Source: Flavobacteriales bacterium (lineage in GTDB: Bacteria; Bacteroidota; Bacteroidia; Flavobacteriales; UBA7312). From it: a stretch of 64,000 nt of DNA. Shown here piece after piece: positions 26,167 to 35,443 of the stretch (positions are counted from its first letter, which is position 1; each line of letters opens with the position of its first letter). Below the pieces are notes generated by a model, which was given only the letters and a program-made list of their open reading frames with translations, searched no databases and was not told where the DNA came from. The stretch covers positions 7,503-71,502 of the forward strand of contig CBFIDK010000004.1 in NCBI GenBank assembly GCA_965661345.1. Direction: 5' to 3'. The position numbers and the translations under genes are program-made.

Positions 26167-27393
26167 TTAAACAAGTTGGTTAAGTGCAATTTCAAAAGAT
26201 GTTTTGGAAATATTTTTTCTTGTTGGGTTTATCTTATGAGATTTTTTTAGTGCGTTCATTATAGTTTTTGAAGTGTCTTCAAAAATAGCAGTATCGGTCA
26301 TTTCGATATCGGCATTCATCAAATAGGCAAAAACTCTTGCCATCCCGCAATTTGCAATAAAATCTGGTATAACACTAAGGCGTTCATCAGTAAATTCACT
26401 AATGTCTCCAAAAAAGATTTCCTTATCAGCGAAAGGTACATTAGCACCACATGATATGACCTCTAGTCCTCCGTTAATCATTCTCTCTATGTGGTTTTGA
26501 GTAACTAGCCTCGAAGCGGCAGCGGGCACAAATATTTCGGCACCTATGTTCCAAATTTTCGAATTGACTTCATCGAAGGATAGCATTTTGTCTGAAGATA
26601 ATTTATTACCATTTTTATTTAGGAATAGTTGTCGAATTTCCTCGAAAGAAAAGCCTTCCTCATTAATTAATCCGCCTTCTTGGTCAATAATTCCAACTAC
26701 CTTTCCGCCAGATTGTGCTTGATAGAAAGCGGCAGCTGAACCAACATTTCCCCAGCCTTGAATTATTATTCTTTTATCTTTTACACTTTCATTGTGAAGT
26801 TTGTAAAAATGCTCAATAGCCTCAGAAACTCCATATCCAGTAATCATATCAGCTACTGTATATTTTTTGTCAACATTTGGCGTCAGTGATTCATCTTCAA
26901 TAGCTAACAAAACGCCTCTTTGAAGTTGAGAAATAATTTTATTTTTTTCTTCGGGACTTGGATTAAAATGGCCATTAAAAACACCCTCTTGCGGGTGTTC
27001 AACTCCTAGTTCTTTTGTAATAGGAATGACTTCATGAATTTCATCGACGTTTAAATCGCCACCAGTTCCATAATAATTTTTAAGAAGGGGACTAATCGCC
27101 GCATACCAACGTTTTAAAACGCCTTCTTTTCTAGGGTCTTTGGGGTCAAAATTTATACCAGATTTAGCGCCGCCTATGGATGGGCCAGCTACAGTAAATT
27201 TCACCTCCATGGTTTTTGCTAACGATACAACTTCATGCTTGTTCAGGCCTATTCTCATTCGAGTGCCACCACCTGCTGCGCCACCTCTTAATGAATTAAT
27301 AACTACCCATCCTTGAGCTTCTGTTTGGCTATCGCTCCATTCAAATACAATTTCAGGCTTTTTGTTTTCGTATTGGTTTAATAAATTTTTCAT
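26167..27393 (-). CDS. Glu/Leu/Phe/Val-family amino-acid dehydrogenase
   Basis: 408 aa. GGAAGGGTRMR and GWGNVGSAAA motifs. Confidence 0.85.
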   Translation of the reverse strand: MKNLLNQYENKKPEIVFEWSDSQTEAQGWVVINSLRGGAAGGGTRMRIGLNKHEVVSLAKTMEVKFTVAGPSIGGAKSGINFDPKDPRKEGVLKRWYAAISPLLKNYYGTGGDLNVDEIHEVIPITKELGVEHPQEGVFNGHFNPSPEEKNKIISQLQRGVLLAIEDESLTPNVDKKYTVADMITGYGVSEAIEHFYKLHNESVKDKRIIIQGWGNVGSAAAFYQAQSGGKVVGIIDQEGGLINEEGFSFEEIRQLFLNKNGNKLSSDKMLSFDEVNSKIWNIGAEIFVPAAASRLVTQNHIERMINGGLEVISCGANVPFADKEIFFGDISEFTDERLSVIPDFIANCGMARVFAYLMNADIEMTDTAIFEDTSKTIMNALKKSHKINPTRKNISKTSFEIALNQLV

Positions 27394-27424
27394 CGAAAGT
27401 AAATTTCAGCAAAAGTAATTATTA

Positions 27425-27631
27425 TTAGCTAAAATATTTACCAGTAGTTGAATTCCTTTTTGCACCTGTAACAGACGCTATACAATTGATTTCATTTCGC
27501 CTATTCAACACGCCCAAAAGACCAAAAATCATAGCTTCTTTATACTCAATGAGATTTTTATCGCCCAACACAAAATTTGATTTTGAATGTGATTGTATTC
27601 TATCCATCAAAAAGAAGTTGTAGACTCCTCT
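27425..27631 (-). pseudogene. Orphan 3' fragment of anmK (duplicate of 30658-30863)
   Basis: MMDRIQSHSKSNFVLGDKNLIEYKEAMIFGLLGVLNRRNEINCIASVTGAKR... is near-identical to the AnmK C-terminus. Nucleotide identity is high across ~190 bp. Confidence 0.85.
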
Positions 27632-27713
27632 CTGAATAGCCTCAATACAAATAGTTTGGCTTAGTCGTACTTTCTAAACATAAAATAATGTCTTTGACAC
27701 CCTCGCACTGTTT

Positions 27714-27863
27714 TTATTTCTTTGTTTTCTTTTTGAAGAAAAAGGGTACAAAAAACACGGATAAAGCTCCCATTAAGCCAGCAATAATGCTGTCAGTAAT
27801 AAAATATAAAACAATTGCAAGCGGAATGTAAAACAATATACTTTCTAAAAAATGTTTATTCAT
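27714..27863 (-). CDS. Possible 49-aa membrane peptide
   Basis: Own translation: MNKHFLESILFYIPLAIVLYFITDSIIAGLMGALSVFFVPFFFKKKTKK*. Below the track length cutoff. Confidence 0.35.
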   Translation of the reverse strand: MNKHFLESILFYIPLAIVLYFITDSIIAGLMGALSVFFVPFFFKKKTKK

Positions 27864-28128
27864 AACTAAGTATGGATTAATCTAATGTATCTGAACCAAA
27901 ATTTCATAAAAAAAAATTTGATTTAATTTATTGCATCTGCTTTGTAAGTATCAAAATGCAAGTTATTTAAAAACTCCATTGTGGATAAATTATAATGATT
28001 AAATAAAACAGTATCTAATTTAACAGTTATGTTTTGAGCATAAAGAGAAGATATAAAAAGGCTAGAAATAATTGTAAGTGTTTTTATCAATTTAAGATTA
28101 GAGCTAAAGTTAATAAAAATAATCTTCT

Positions 28129-28593
28129 TTACTGAATTTTAATTTTATCAATTGTACTTAGAGATTTTACAAATTCTAACTGTTGAGTTAATTGCATAGC
28201 ATCTATTTTGAAAATACTGTCTATTTCTAAGTTTTTGTTTAATAAAATAACTCCAGAATTTTTTATTCCTAGCTCATAATATTCTTCTTTATAATCAAAG
28301 ACAAGAGTGTTTTCTAGTACATTTTTTTTGATTTCTGTAAGATCAATTAATGTGCCTAAAGCATTAACTACAATAAGTGTACTGTCGAATTTATGCTGTG
28401 TGACAGTATTTGCTAAACCGCTATTACAGGGAGGACAACCTTTTTCGGTTAAAACAATAATGGAGTGATAAGTCTTTCCCAGTTGATGACCTTCTAAATA
28501 CTCATGAAATTTATTTTTCTGTTTACAAGACAAAAAAACACTAATCAATAGTATAAATGTCAAAATGGGTTTTAAGTGGGTCGTAGTTTTCAT
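28129..28593 (-). CDS. Thioredoxin-fold lipoprotein with CPPC motif
   Basis: 154 aa. Lipobox LISVFLSC. VLTEKGCPPCNSG redox-type motif. Confidence 0.6.
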   Translation of the reverse strand: MKTTTHLKPILTFILLISVFLSCKQKNKFHEYLEGHQLGKTYHSIIVLTEKGCPPCNSGLANTVTQHKFDSTLIVVNALGTLIDLTEIKKNVLENTLVFDYKEEYYELGIKNSGVILLNKNLEIDSIFKIDAMQLTQQLEFVKSLSTIDKIKIQ

Positions 28594-29728
28594 TGTAATA
28601 TTTGTTTTTTCTAGTATACCAGCCTTTAGTTGTAAGAAAAGAGAAAAATAATCTTATTTCAGGGTTTTCAACGATGATTTCATCTAGAAATATAAAATCC
28701 TTATCGTAAATCAACATAGACCAATTACGTTTATACCAAGAGTCTTCACTTGGACCATTGTAAGGGTGGTATGCCGAAATGTAATATCTTTGATGAATCT
28801 CATCATAAAATAAATTAGATAAATAGTTAGCATTAATAGTGCTCCAAGCGCCAAATTTTGGCATGGTATTTTCATAGTCTTCTTTGAACTCATAGAACTT
28901 TAACGATTGATCAACCTTATTTTTATAGTCCAAGTAAATGGTCTTATGATGTTCTCCATTTAAATCGTAAACAAACAAACAATCTATTCCAAATGATATT
29001 ATATGAATCAAATCATTATAAAAACTGTAATCCGGGATATCAGCTGCCATATGATTTTTAGGAACAAATCGAAAAAAAGAATCTACTAAAAAACTCAAAT
29101 CAGGTGACTCGCTAAAAATATTTTTTACTTCAATTAAATAAGGAGTCTCTCTTTTTATGTTGTATGCCTTGATTAAATAGTCTAAGAATGGTTTTGCGGT
29201 ATCAACTGGCAAATCAAATCCTCTGTAAAGGTATAATGTTTTGTTAAACAGAAAATCATTACCCCCAGAAGTTGAAATTAAAGTTGCTGGAAAAAGCGTA
29301 TCAGATAAAAATGAGTTAAGATTCACTTGTTTAATGCATTTTCCACTGTCATTGATGGCGAAAACTATACCTGTACGATAACTTAGTGCCAGAATGGTGT
29401 CTAAAGACCAAATGCTAATATCTTCTATCCGATGTCCTTGTGTTGCTTTTTTGTAGTCAATGGTTTTATGTAGCTTACCATCCAATGTGAAAAAACTGAC
29501 TTTCCTTTCTGTGCTACCATTACTTAAATAGATGTATTCAACCTCAGTTTTTGAATCTACAAAGTATCCTGAATGCTTAGAGCTGACTGCAAAATCTGTT
29601 TCAAAGACTTGTTCGCCTGTTTTTATAAGTTGTAGACCTTTCTTTTTTTTGCACCCTAAACCAATTGTCATCAAAATTAAAGCAGCGGATAATATTATCC
29701 GCTGCTTTAATAGATTTGTTATTCTCAT
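28541..29728 (-). CDS. Lipoprotein, possibly beta-propeller-like (family not assignable by eye)
   Basis: 395 aa. Lipobox LMTIGLGC. Aromatic-rich repetitive beta-type sequence. Confidence 0.55.
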   Translation of the reverse strand: MRITNLLKQRIILSAALILMTIGLGCKKKKGLQLIKTGEQVFETDFAVSSKHSGYFVDSKTEVEYIYLSNGSTERKVSFFTLDGKLHKTIDYKKATQGHRIEDISIWSLDTILALSYRTGIVFAINDSGKCIKQVNLNSFLSDTLFPATLISTSGGNDFLFNKTLYLYRGFDLPVDTAKPFLDYLIKAYNIKRETPYLIEVKNIFSESPDLSFLVDSFFRFVPKNHMAADIPDYSFYNDLIHIISFGIDCLFVYDLNGEHHKTIYLDYKNKVDQSLKFYEFKEDYENTMPKFGAWSTINANYLSNLFYDEIHQRYYISAYHPYNGPSEDSWYKRNWSMLIYDKDFIFLDEIIVENPEIRLFFSFLTTKGWYTRKNKYYNENYDPLKTHFDIYTID

Positions 29729-30201
29729 CTTACAAATTTGAGTTGATATGCCATTTTCTCGCCGTTCGATCTGTCTTCAAATAATAAGAATTTTAAATTA
29801 TCCTTTTGATTTTCTCGAGCAGTTACGGACATTCTACCGCTTTTTACGCCATTCACATAGTAGGGGTTAATATAACGGATCAGCACATCGAAATTGGCAT
29901 TAAATTTTTGGGCAATTACATCAGAATCGCCTTTACCTATTTCGGAGAAAAGATCTATGAATACATTGTAGTCGGGAGTTATGATAACATCATCATCTGA
30001 CCATAAACAAGTATTTCCAGGTGAGCTACAATTTGTTTCATCCCCGTCTAAGTGTAAATGATAATTCCCAGCGATAGCTGACCTTTGAACAACCGAATGA
30101 CTATCATCATTATTAATGTATTCATCTGTTGTTTTTGAACAAGATACAATTAGGGCACTTCCTACTAAAAGAAACACACCTATTTTAAAAAAGTTTTTCA
30201 T
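29725..30201 (-). CDS. Lipoprotein of unknown function
   Basis: 158 aa. Lipobox GSALIVSC. Confidence 0.55.
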   Translation of the reverse strand: MKNFFKIGVFLLVGSALIVSCSKTTDEYINNDDSHSVVQRSAIAGNYHLHLDGDETNCSSPGNTCLWSDDDVIITPDYNVFIDLFSEIGKGDSDVIAQKFNANFDVLIRYINPYYVNGVKSGRMSVTARENQKDNLKFLLFEDRSNGEKMAYQLKFVR

Positions 30202-30398
30202 TTTAATTTGGGTTTAAGTTAATGTTTCCCCTTAATAGAAAGGGGTTTTGATTGGGTAGTTAGGTGCTACCACACATGACTTTTAGCTTTTTCAGTCTTT
30301 GGTTAAAAGATCATAATGCAAGTTAGTATTTTATATGAATTAATTTCTAGGCAAATATGCCTGCGCAATTATTTGGTGCTATTTGCATTTTTGATTTC

Positions 30399-30650
30399 AT
30401 GAAAAGCTTATCATTCCCAAACGAAAAGAAATACCTAAACCATTTGGGTGCAAAACTTCGTGAAATTCGTCTTTCTAAGTCTTTTACTCAAGCTCAGTTG
30501 GCTATTGATGCCAATATGGAAGTGTCACAAATAAGTCGCATAGAACGTGGAGTTCTAAACACTTCTGTATTAACCTTACTGAAAATTGCTGTTGTTTTGG
30601 ACGTAGAGATTTCGGATTTTTTGCCCAATTATTTTTCAGAAGATAATTAG
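30399..30650 (+). CDS. XRE-family HTH transcriptional regulator
   Basis: LGAKLREIRLSKSFTQAQLAIDANMEVSQISRIERGVLNTSVLTLLKIAVVL. The track ORF starts at 30357; the internal Met at 30399 is more plausible. Confidence 0.75.
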   Translation: MKSLSFPNEKKYLNHLGAKLREIRLSKSFTQAQLAIDANMEVSQISRIERGVLNTSVLTLLKIAVVLDVEISDFLPNYFSEDN

Positions 30651-30657
30651 CTATTTT

Positions 30658-31698
30658 TTAAGCATAGTTTTTTCCTGCTATCGAATCTCTTTTTGCACCT
30701 GTAACAGACGCTAAACAATTGATTTCATTTCGCCTATTTAACACGCCCAAAAGACCAAAAATCATAGCTTCTTTATACTCAATGAGATTTTTATCGCCCA
30801 ACACAAAATTTGATTTTGAATGTGATTGCATTCTATCCATCAAAAAGGAGTTGTAGGCTCCTCCGCCAGTGACTAAACATCCCCCTTTCGTAATGCATTG
30901 GCTAATCTGAATAGCGGCATGCTCAACTAGTGTAGATAGTTTATTTTTTACAGTTTCTTCATGCTTTTCAATTACTGCAATGAAGTTTTCTTCAAGCCAT
31001 TCTTTGCCAAGCGATTTTGGTGGAGTTTGGTGGTAGTAGTCTAAGTTGTTCAATTCATTTAAAAGACGAGTGTTAATCGTGCCACTTTTAGCGATGTCGC
31101 CGTTTTTATCAAACTGGTATCCTAATTTTTTAGAATAGTAATTCAAAGCAATATTGACGGGGCAAATGTCAAAGGCTTTTCGAACGCCATTTTCGGAATA
31201 TGAAAAGTTACTAAATCCGCCCAAGTTGAGGCAGTAATCGTATTCGTTGAAAAGAATATCATCTCCGACTGGAACAAGTGGAGCGCCTTGCCCGCCAAGT
31301 TCAACGTCCAGACTTCTAAAATCACTCACCACAGGAATTTTTAATGATTTATGAATTATTGCGCCATTGCCTATTTGATGCGTAATGCCTTTTTCAGGCT
31401 GGTGAAGTATCGTATGCCCATGAGAACATATCAAATCTACCTCAAGTTTATGTGTGCTGATGAAATGTTCAATCAAATTGGATAAAAACCCAGCGTACTT
31501 TACATCAATGTTGTCGATGTAGTCTTTATTTTTTAAATGTAAGTTGCCCAATTCTTTAAGCCACTCATCGTCATAAGAATACGTATGGCAAGGGCCTAAA
31601 TTATATTGCCATTTTCCATTATGGGTAAAAGTGATGTAAGCTAAGTCAACCCCATCTAATGAAGTGCCCGACATTAATCCTATTACTCTGTATTTCAT
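30658..31698 (-). CDS. anmK: Anhydro-N-acetylmuramic acid kinase
   Basis: MKYRVIGLMSGTSLDGVDLAY... start at 31698 (the track ORF is extended to 31782). ...LGGQGAPLVP... motif. Confidence 0.85.
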   Translation of the reverse strand: MKYRVIGLMSGTSLDGVDLAYITFTHNGKWQYNLGPCHTYSYDDEWLKELGNLHLKNKDYIDNIDVKYAGFLSNLIEHFISTHKLEVDLICSHGHTILHQPEKGITHQIGNGAIIHKSLKIPVVSDFRSLDVELGGQGAPLVPVGDDILFNEYDYCLNLGGFSNFSYSENGVRKAFDICPVNIALNYYSKKLGYQFDKNGDIAKSGTINTRLLNELNNLDYYHQTPPKSLGKEWLEENFIAVIEKHEETVKNKLSTLVEHAAIQISQCITKGGCLVTGGGAYNSFLMDRMQSHSKSNFVLGDKNLIEYKEAMIFGLLGVLNRRNEINCLASVTGAKRDSIAGKNYA

Positions 31699-31753
31699 TT
31701 TAGTTAAAAAGACTATTTTTGAAGTCAAATTTAAACTAACTAACTCACATACT

Positions 31754-32893
31754 ATGAATTTTTCACTTACTGAAGAACACAAAATGATTCGTGATGCAGC
31801 AAGGGACTTTGCGCAAACAGAGCTTTTACCTGGAGTAATTGATAGAGATGAACATCAGACTTTTCCTAAAGAACAGATACAAAAACTAGGAGAATTGGGG
31901 TTCATGGGAATGATGGTCGACCCCAAATATGGTGGAGGTGGAATGGATACCGTGTCTTACGTATTAGCAATGGAAGAACTTTCAAAGGTTGATGCTTCTG
32001 CTTCTGTGGTGGTTTCGGTTAACAATTCATTAGTGTGTTGGGGTTTAGAGAAATATGGTTCAGAAGAGCAAAAGCAAAAATACCTAGTGCCTTTAGCTAA
32101 AGGAGAAATTATTGGTGCTTTTTGTTTGTCAGAGCCTGAAGCAGGTAGCGATGCTACATCCCAAAAAACTACTGCTGTTGATATGGGTGACCATTACCTG
32201 TTGAACGGTACAAAAAACTGGATTACAAATGGAAATACAGCTTCAGTATATTTAGTTATTGCACAGACAGATCCCGAAAAAGGCCACAGAGGAATCAATG
32301 CTCTGATTGTAGAAAAAGGTATGCCTGGTTTTGAAGTTGGGTTAAAAGAAAATAAACTAGGAATAAGAGGGTCAGATACTCATTCATTGCTATTTACTGA
32401 CGTTAAAGTTCCAAAAGAAAATAGGATAGGAGAAGACGGGTTTGGCTTTAAATTCGCTATGTCTACTCTTTCAGGCGGACGTATAGGTATTGCCTCTCAA
32501 GCTTTAGGTATTGCATCAGGTGCTTATGAGTTATCTTTAGAATATTCTAAGCAACGAAAAGCATTTGGAAAGGCAATTCATGAACACCAAGCGGTAGCGT
32601 TTAAATTAGCGGATATGGCTACAGAAATTGAAGCCGCTCGATTACTTTGTTTAAAATCTGCTTGGCTAAAAGATAACGGCATGAATTTTGATAAAGAAAG
32701 TGCTATGGCAAAGGTGTTTGCCTCAGAGGTGGCAATGAAAACAACCACTGAAGCTGTTCAAATTCATGGTGGCTATGGCTTCGTAAAAGAATACCATGTG
32801 GAAAGATTAATGAGGGATGCAAAAATCACTCAAATTTATGAAGGAACTTCAGAAATTCAACGGGTCGTTATTTCGAGGTCAATTCTTAAATAA
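31754..32893 (+). CDS. Acyl-CoA dehydrogenase (short/medium-chain type)
   Basis: MNFSLTEEHKMIRDAARDFA... start at 31754. ...CLSEPEAGSDA..., ...IYEGTSEIQR... motifs. Confidence 0.9.
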   Translation: MNFSLTEEHKMIRDAARDFAQTELLPGVIDRDEHQTFPKEQIQKLGELGFMGMMVDPKYGGGGMDTVSYVLAMEELSKVDASASVVVSVNNSLVCWGLEKYGSEEQKQKYLVPLAKGEIIGAFCLSEPEAGSDATSQKTTAVDMGDHYLLNGTKNWITNGNTASVYLVIAQTDPEKGHRGINALIVEKGMPGFEVGLKENKLGIRGSDTHSLLFTDVKVPKENRIGEDGFGFKFAMSTLSGGRIGIASQALGIASGAYELSLEYSKQRKAFGKAIHEHQAVAFKLADMATEIEAARLLCLKSAWLKDNGMNFDKESAMAKVFASEVAMKTTTEAVQIHGGYGFVKEYHVERLMRDAKITQIYEGTSEIQRVVISRSILK

Positions 32894-32931
32894 ATGAATT
32901 GTTATATATTTAGAAAAAATTAAGTTTCATT

Positions 32932-35439
32932 ATGAAGAAAATTATTGTAATCGTATTATGCTTTATTGGACATATTAGCTACGGTCAGTCAGTAGAGCAA
33001 ATGCAAAAATACATGAAGTTTGCACCATCTAATATGAGCGCTTCAGACATAAACCCTTCTGATATTCCTAGTGAAGATGTATTGAGGCAAATGGGCTTGA
33101 GTGAAAGCGAAATCTCTGAAGCTATGGATTACAAATTACAAAGGGGTAAATACAATCCTAACTTTATTGATTCTTCATCTGCTGAAATTAGTCAAATTCA
33201 ATCTCGAAATTTTAATGAGTCATTAATCGACACCTTATTTTCGTTCAATGATTCCATTCAATATCCAGCAGCAAAAATATATGGTCAGAATTTCTTTAGA
33301 AATAACAGTATAAACTTTTTTACTAGGTCTTATGATAATCAAGCGCCAAAAAATTATCTACTTGCTGAAGGGGATGAGCTAACAATTTCTATCTGGGGTA
33401 TTTCTGAACACAGCGAAGTAGTCGTGGTTAATGATAAAGGCTATATCTCTACCAAACATGCCGGTCGAATATATGTAGCATCTAAAACCCTTGAGTCTGT
33501 CAAATCGCTTGTAAAAGACAGGATGAGTTCATTTTTCGATTTAAGGAAATCTCAGTTTGATTTAACGTTGAATTACTCTAGAGTTATAAGTGTAAATATT
33601 GTTGGAGAAGTCTTTAATCCAGGTTCGTATTCTATTCCTGCATTAAATACCGCATTCAATGCTTTAATTGCTGCTGGTGGTCCAAACCAAATTGGTTCGG
33701 TTAGAAATATTTACCTCATTAGAGATGGCGAAACAGTTGATTCATTAGACGTATATAAATTTTTGTTCGATGCCGATAAATCTCAAGATCTATTTATGCA
33801 GAACAACGATTACCTATATGTGCCTTCAGCTGAAAATGTAGTTGAGTTGAAAGGTGAGGTAAATAAACCCTATTCTTATGAGGTTAAGCAAGGCGATAAA
33901 TTAATTGACCTTATCAAATATGCAGGTGGTTTTACCAAGTTGGCTTACAAGAACGGTATTGCAGTAAGTAGAATTGACGGGAATTCAATTAAGACCATTA
34001 CTGTTGATGAAGTCGGGTCTAAGAATTTATCATTAAAAAATGGCGATGAAATTATGGTCAATAGTATTCAAGGAATACCATCAGATTTAGTATACATTCA
34101 TACGTCGACTGGTGTTAGTGGTGAATACCAATTGTCTAGTGGTGAAAGAGTCTACGATATGTTACTGAAATCTAACTCTTTGTCAGAAGATTTGTTTTTA
34201 GAGTCGGCATATTTAGTAAGAACATCAGCCGACGATTATTCTAAGGAATATTTAATACTCGACATTGCATCAATAGTCGATAATCCCAATTCAGCATCCA
34301 ATATTTTGATTGAAGAATACGATGAGATTTTCTTTCTTTCTAAAAGAGATTATATGGATGAATTTGAGGTTTCAATTACAGGAGGTGTAAGAATACCAAA
34401 CACCTTCTCTTTTGGCGAGGGGTTAAATTTGTCAGACCTGATTATTATGTCTGGGGGTTTAGTGCAAGAGTCGGCAGGGGCTAAAATTGATATATCAAGA
34501 ATAGCGGATTATGATGCTGAAACTAATATTTTGAAAGCTAAAAGAACGGTTGTTCGTTCTTTTAAAATATCTGATAATGGTGAATTAGATGATGAAGCCG
34601 CTAATTTTATGCTTGAACCCTATGATCAGGTAGCTGTGAGAATTAACCCTGATTATGAAGAAGTAAGAACCGTTGTTATTACGGGTGAAGTTGAGTATCC
34701 TGGAGTTTACTCTTTAAAATCAAAAGATGAAACAATTGTTGATTTAATTTTAAGAGCTGGAGGAATCAAAAGTACAGGCGATGATAATGCAATCAACATG
34801 TATAGAATGATGGAGATTGAGGAGAAGCCTAATGATGAAATAGACTTTTATAATGACGATGAAGAAATTGTAAATGGTTTCTTTTCGGATGGAGAGTTTG
34901 TTCAGATTATTCCCTTTAATGAAGAAAAGTCAGCGCCAGTTAACAATATTGAAAAAACATACATAAAAAAATATATGCCTGTTCATTTAAATCTTGATAA
35001 GGCATTAAAGTATAGAAAATCAAGATATAATATTGTTTTGCACGATTTAGATAGTATTAATATTCCACAAACTCAGGATTTAGTTGCAATTACTGGCGCA
35101 CTTTCAAATTTTGAAGAAACATCCATTTCCGTTCCGTTTATGGAAAGAAGAGCTAACTATTACATTAATAATTTTGCTGGAGGCTTTTCGAAACATAATG
35201 TAAAATCTAATACATTGGTTATTTCTCCATCTGGATCTGTATCTAAAGCTAAAGATTTCGGCTTGTTTATTCTATACCCAAGAGTTGAAAAAGGTTCAAC
35301 CATTAAAGTTACTGAAGATGTTAAGATTAAAAGGCAAAAACCCGAACCAGTTGATTGGACACGAATTTTAGAAGGTACAATCACCAAGATATCTGCTATA
35401 ACCTCTTTGTATATTCTTTATTTATCTAGACAACAATAA
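32932..35439 (+). CDS. Polysaccharide export protein (Wza-like with multiple SLBB-type repeats)
   Basis: 835 aa. Signal peptide. Repeated ...GEV..PG.Y... modules. Confidence 0.75.
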   Translation: MKKIIVIVLCFIGHISYGQSVEQMQKYMKFAPSNMSASDINPSDIPSEDVLRQMGLSESEISEAMDYKLQRGKYNPNFIDSSSAEISQIQSRNFNESLIDTLFSFNDSIQYPAAKIYGQNFFRNNSINFFTRSYDNQAPKNYLLAEGDELTISIWGISEHSEVVVVNDKGYISTKHAGRIYVASKTLESVKSLVKDRMSSFFDLRKSQFDLTLNYSRVISVNIVGEVFNPGSYSIPALNTAFNALIAAGGPNQIGSVRNIYLIRDGETVDSLDVYKFLFDADKSQDLFMQNNDYLYVPSAENVVELKGEVNKPYSYEVKQGDKLIDLIKYAGGFTKLAYKNGIAVSRIDGNSIKTITVDEVGSKNLSLKNGDEIMVNSIQGIPSDLVYIHTSTGVSGEYQLSSGERVYDMLLKSNSLSEDLFLESAYLVRTSADDYSKEYLILDIASIVDNPNSASNILIEEYDEIFFLSKRDYMDEFEVSITGGVRIPNTFSFGEGLNLSDLIIMSGGLVQESAGAKIDISRIADYDAETNILKAKRTVVRSFKISDNGELDDEAANFMLEPYDQVAVRINPDYEEVRTVVITGEVEYPGVYSLKSKDETIVDLILRAGGIKSTGDDNAINMYRMMEIEEKPNDEIDFYNDDEEIVNGFFSDGEFVQIIPFNEEKSAPVNNIEKTYIKKYMPVHLNLDKALKYRKSRYNIVLHDLDSINIPQTQDLVAITGALSNFEETSISVPFMERRANYYINNFAGGFSKHNVKSNTLVISPSGSVSKAKDFGLFILYPRVEKGSTIKVTEDVKIKRQKPEPVDWTRILEGTITKISAITSLYILYLSRQQ

Positions 35440-35443
35440 ATTA

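Larger units (their letters stand above)
27632..30657. mobile_element. ~3-kb insertion bracketed by the duplicated anmK 3' end (no recombinase present)
   Basis: Direct repeats at 27425-27631 and 30658-30863. Cargo is three lipoprotein genes, small ORFs and an XRE regulator. Confidence 0.5.

Noticed and set aside
27929-28099. Possible 56-aa secreted peptide on the minus strand (..IKTLTIISSLFISSLYAQNITVKLDTVLFNHYNLSTMEFLNNLHFDTYKADAIN*)
   Set aside because: It has only a TTG start and no recognisable motif in AT-rich DNA. The evidence is too weak to list as a gene.
30224-30246. CCCCTT-AATAG-AAAGGGG hairpin followed by a T-run upstream of the 158-aa lipoprotein gene
   Set aside because: It looks like a plus-strand terminator, but no plus-strand gene precedes it. 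It may be a relic from the insertion, and there is not enough evidence to call a feature.
31664-31782. Mutually overlapping N-terminal extensions of the acyl-CoA dehydrogenase (+) and anmK (-) track ORFs
   Set aside because: Family-typical N-termini start at the internal Mets (31754 MNFSLTEEHKMIRD; 31698 MKYRVIGLMSGTSLDG). The extensions would require a 119-bp divergent overlap.
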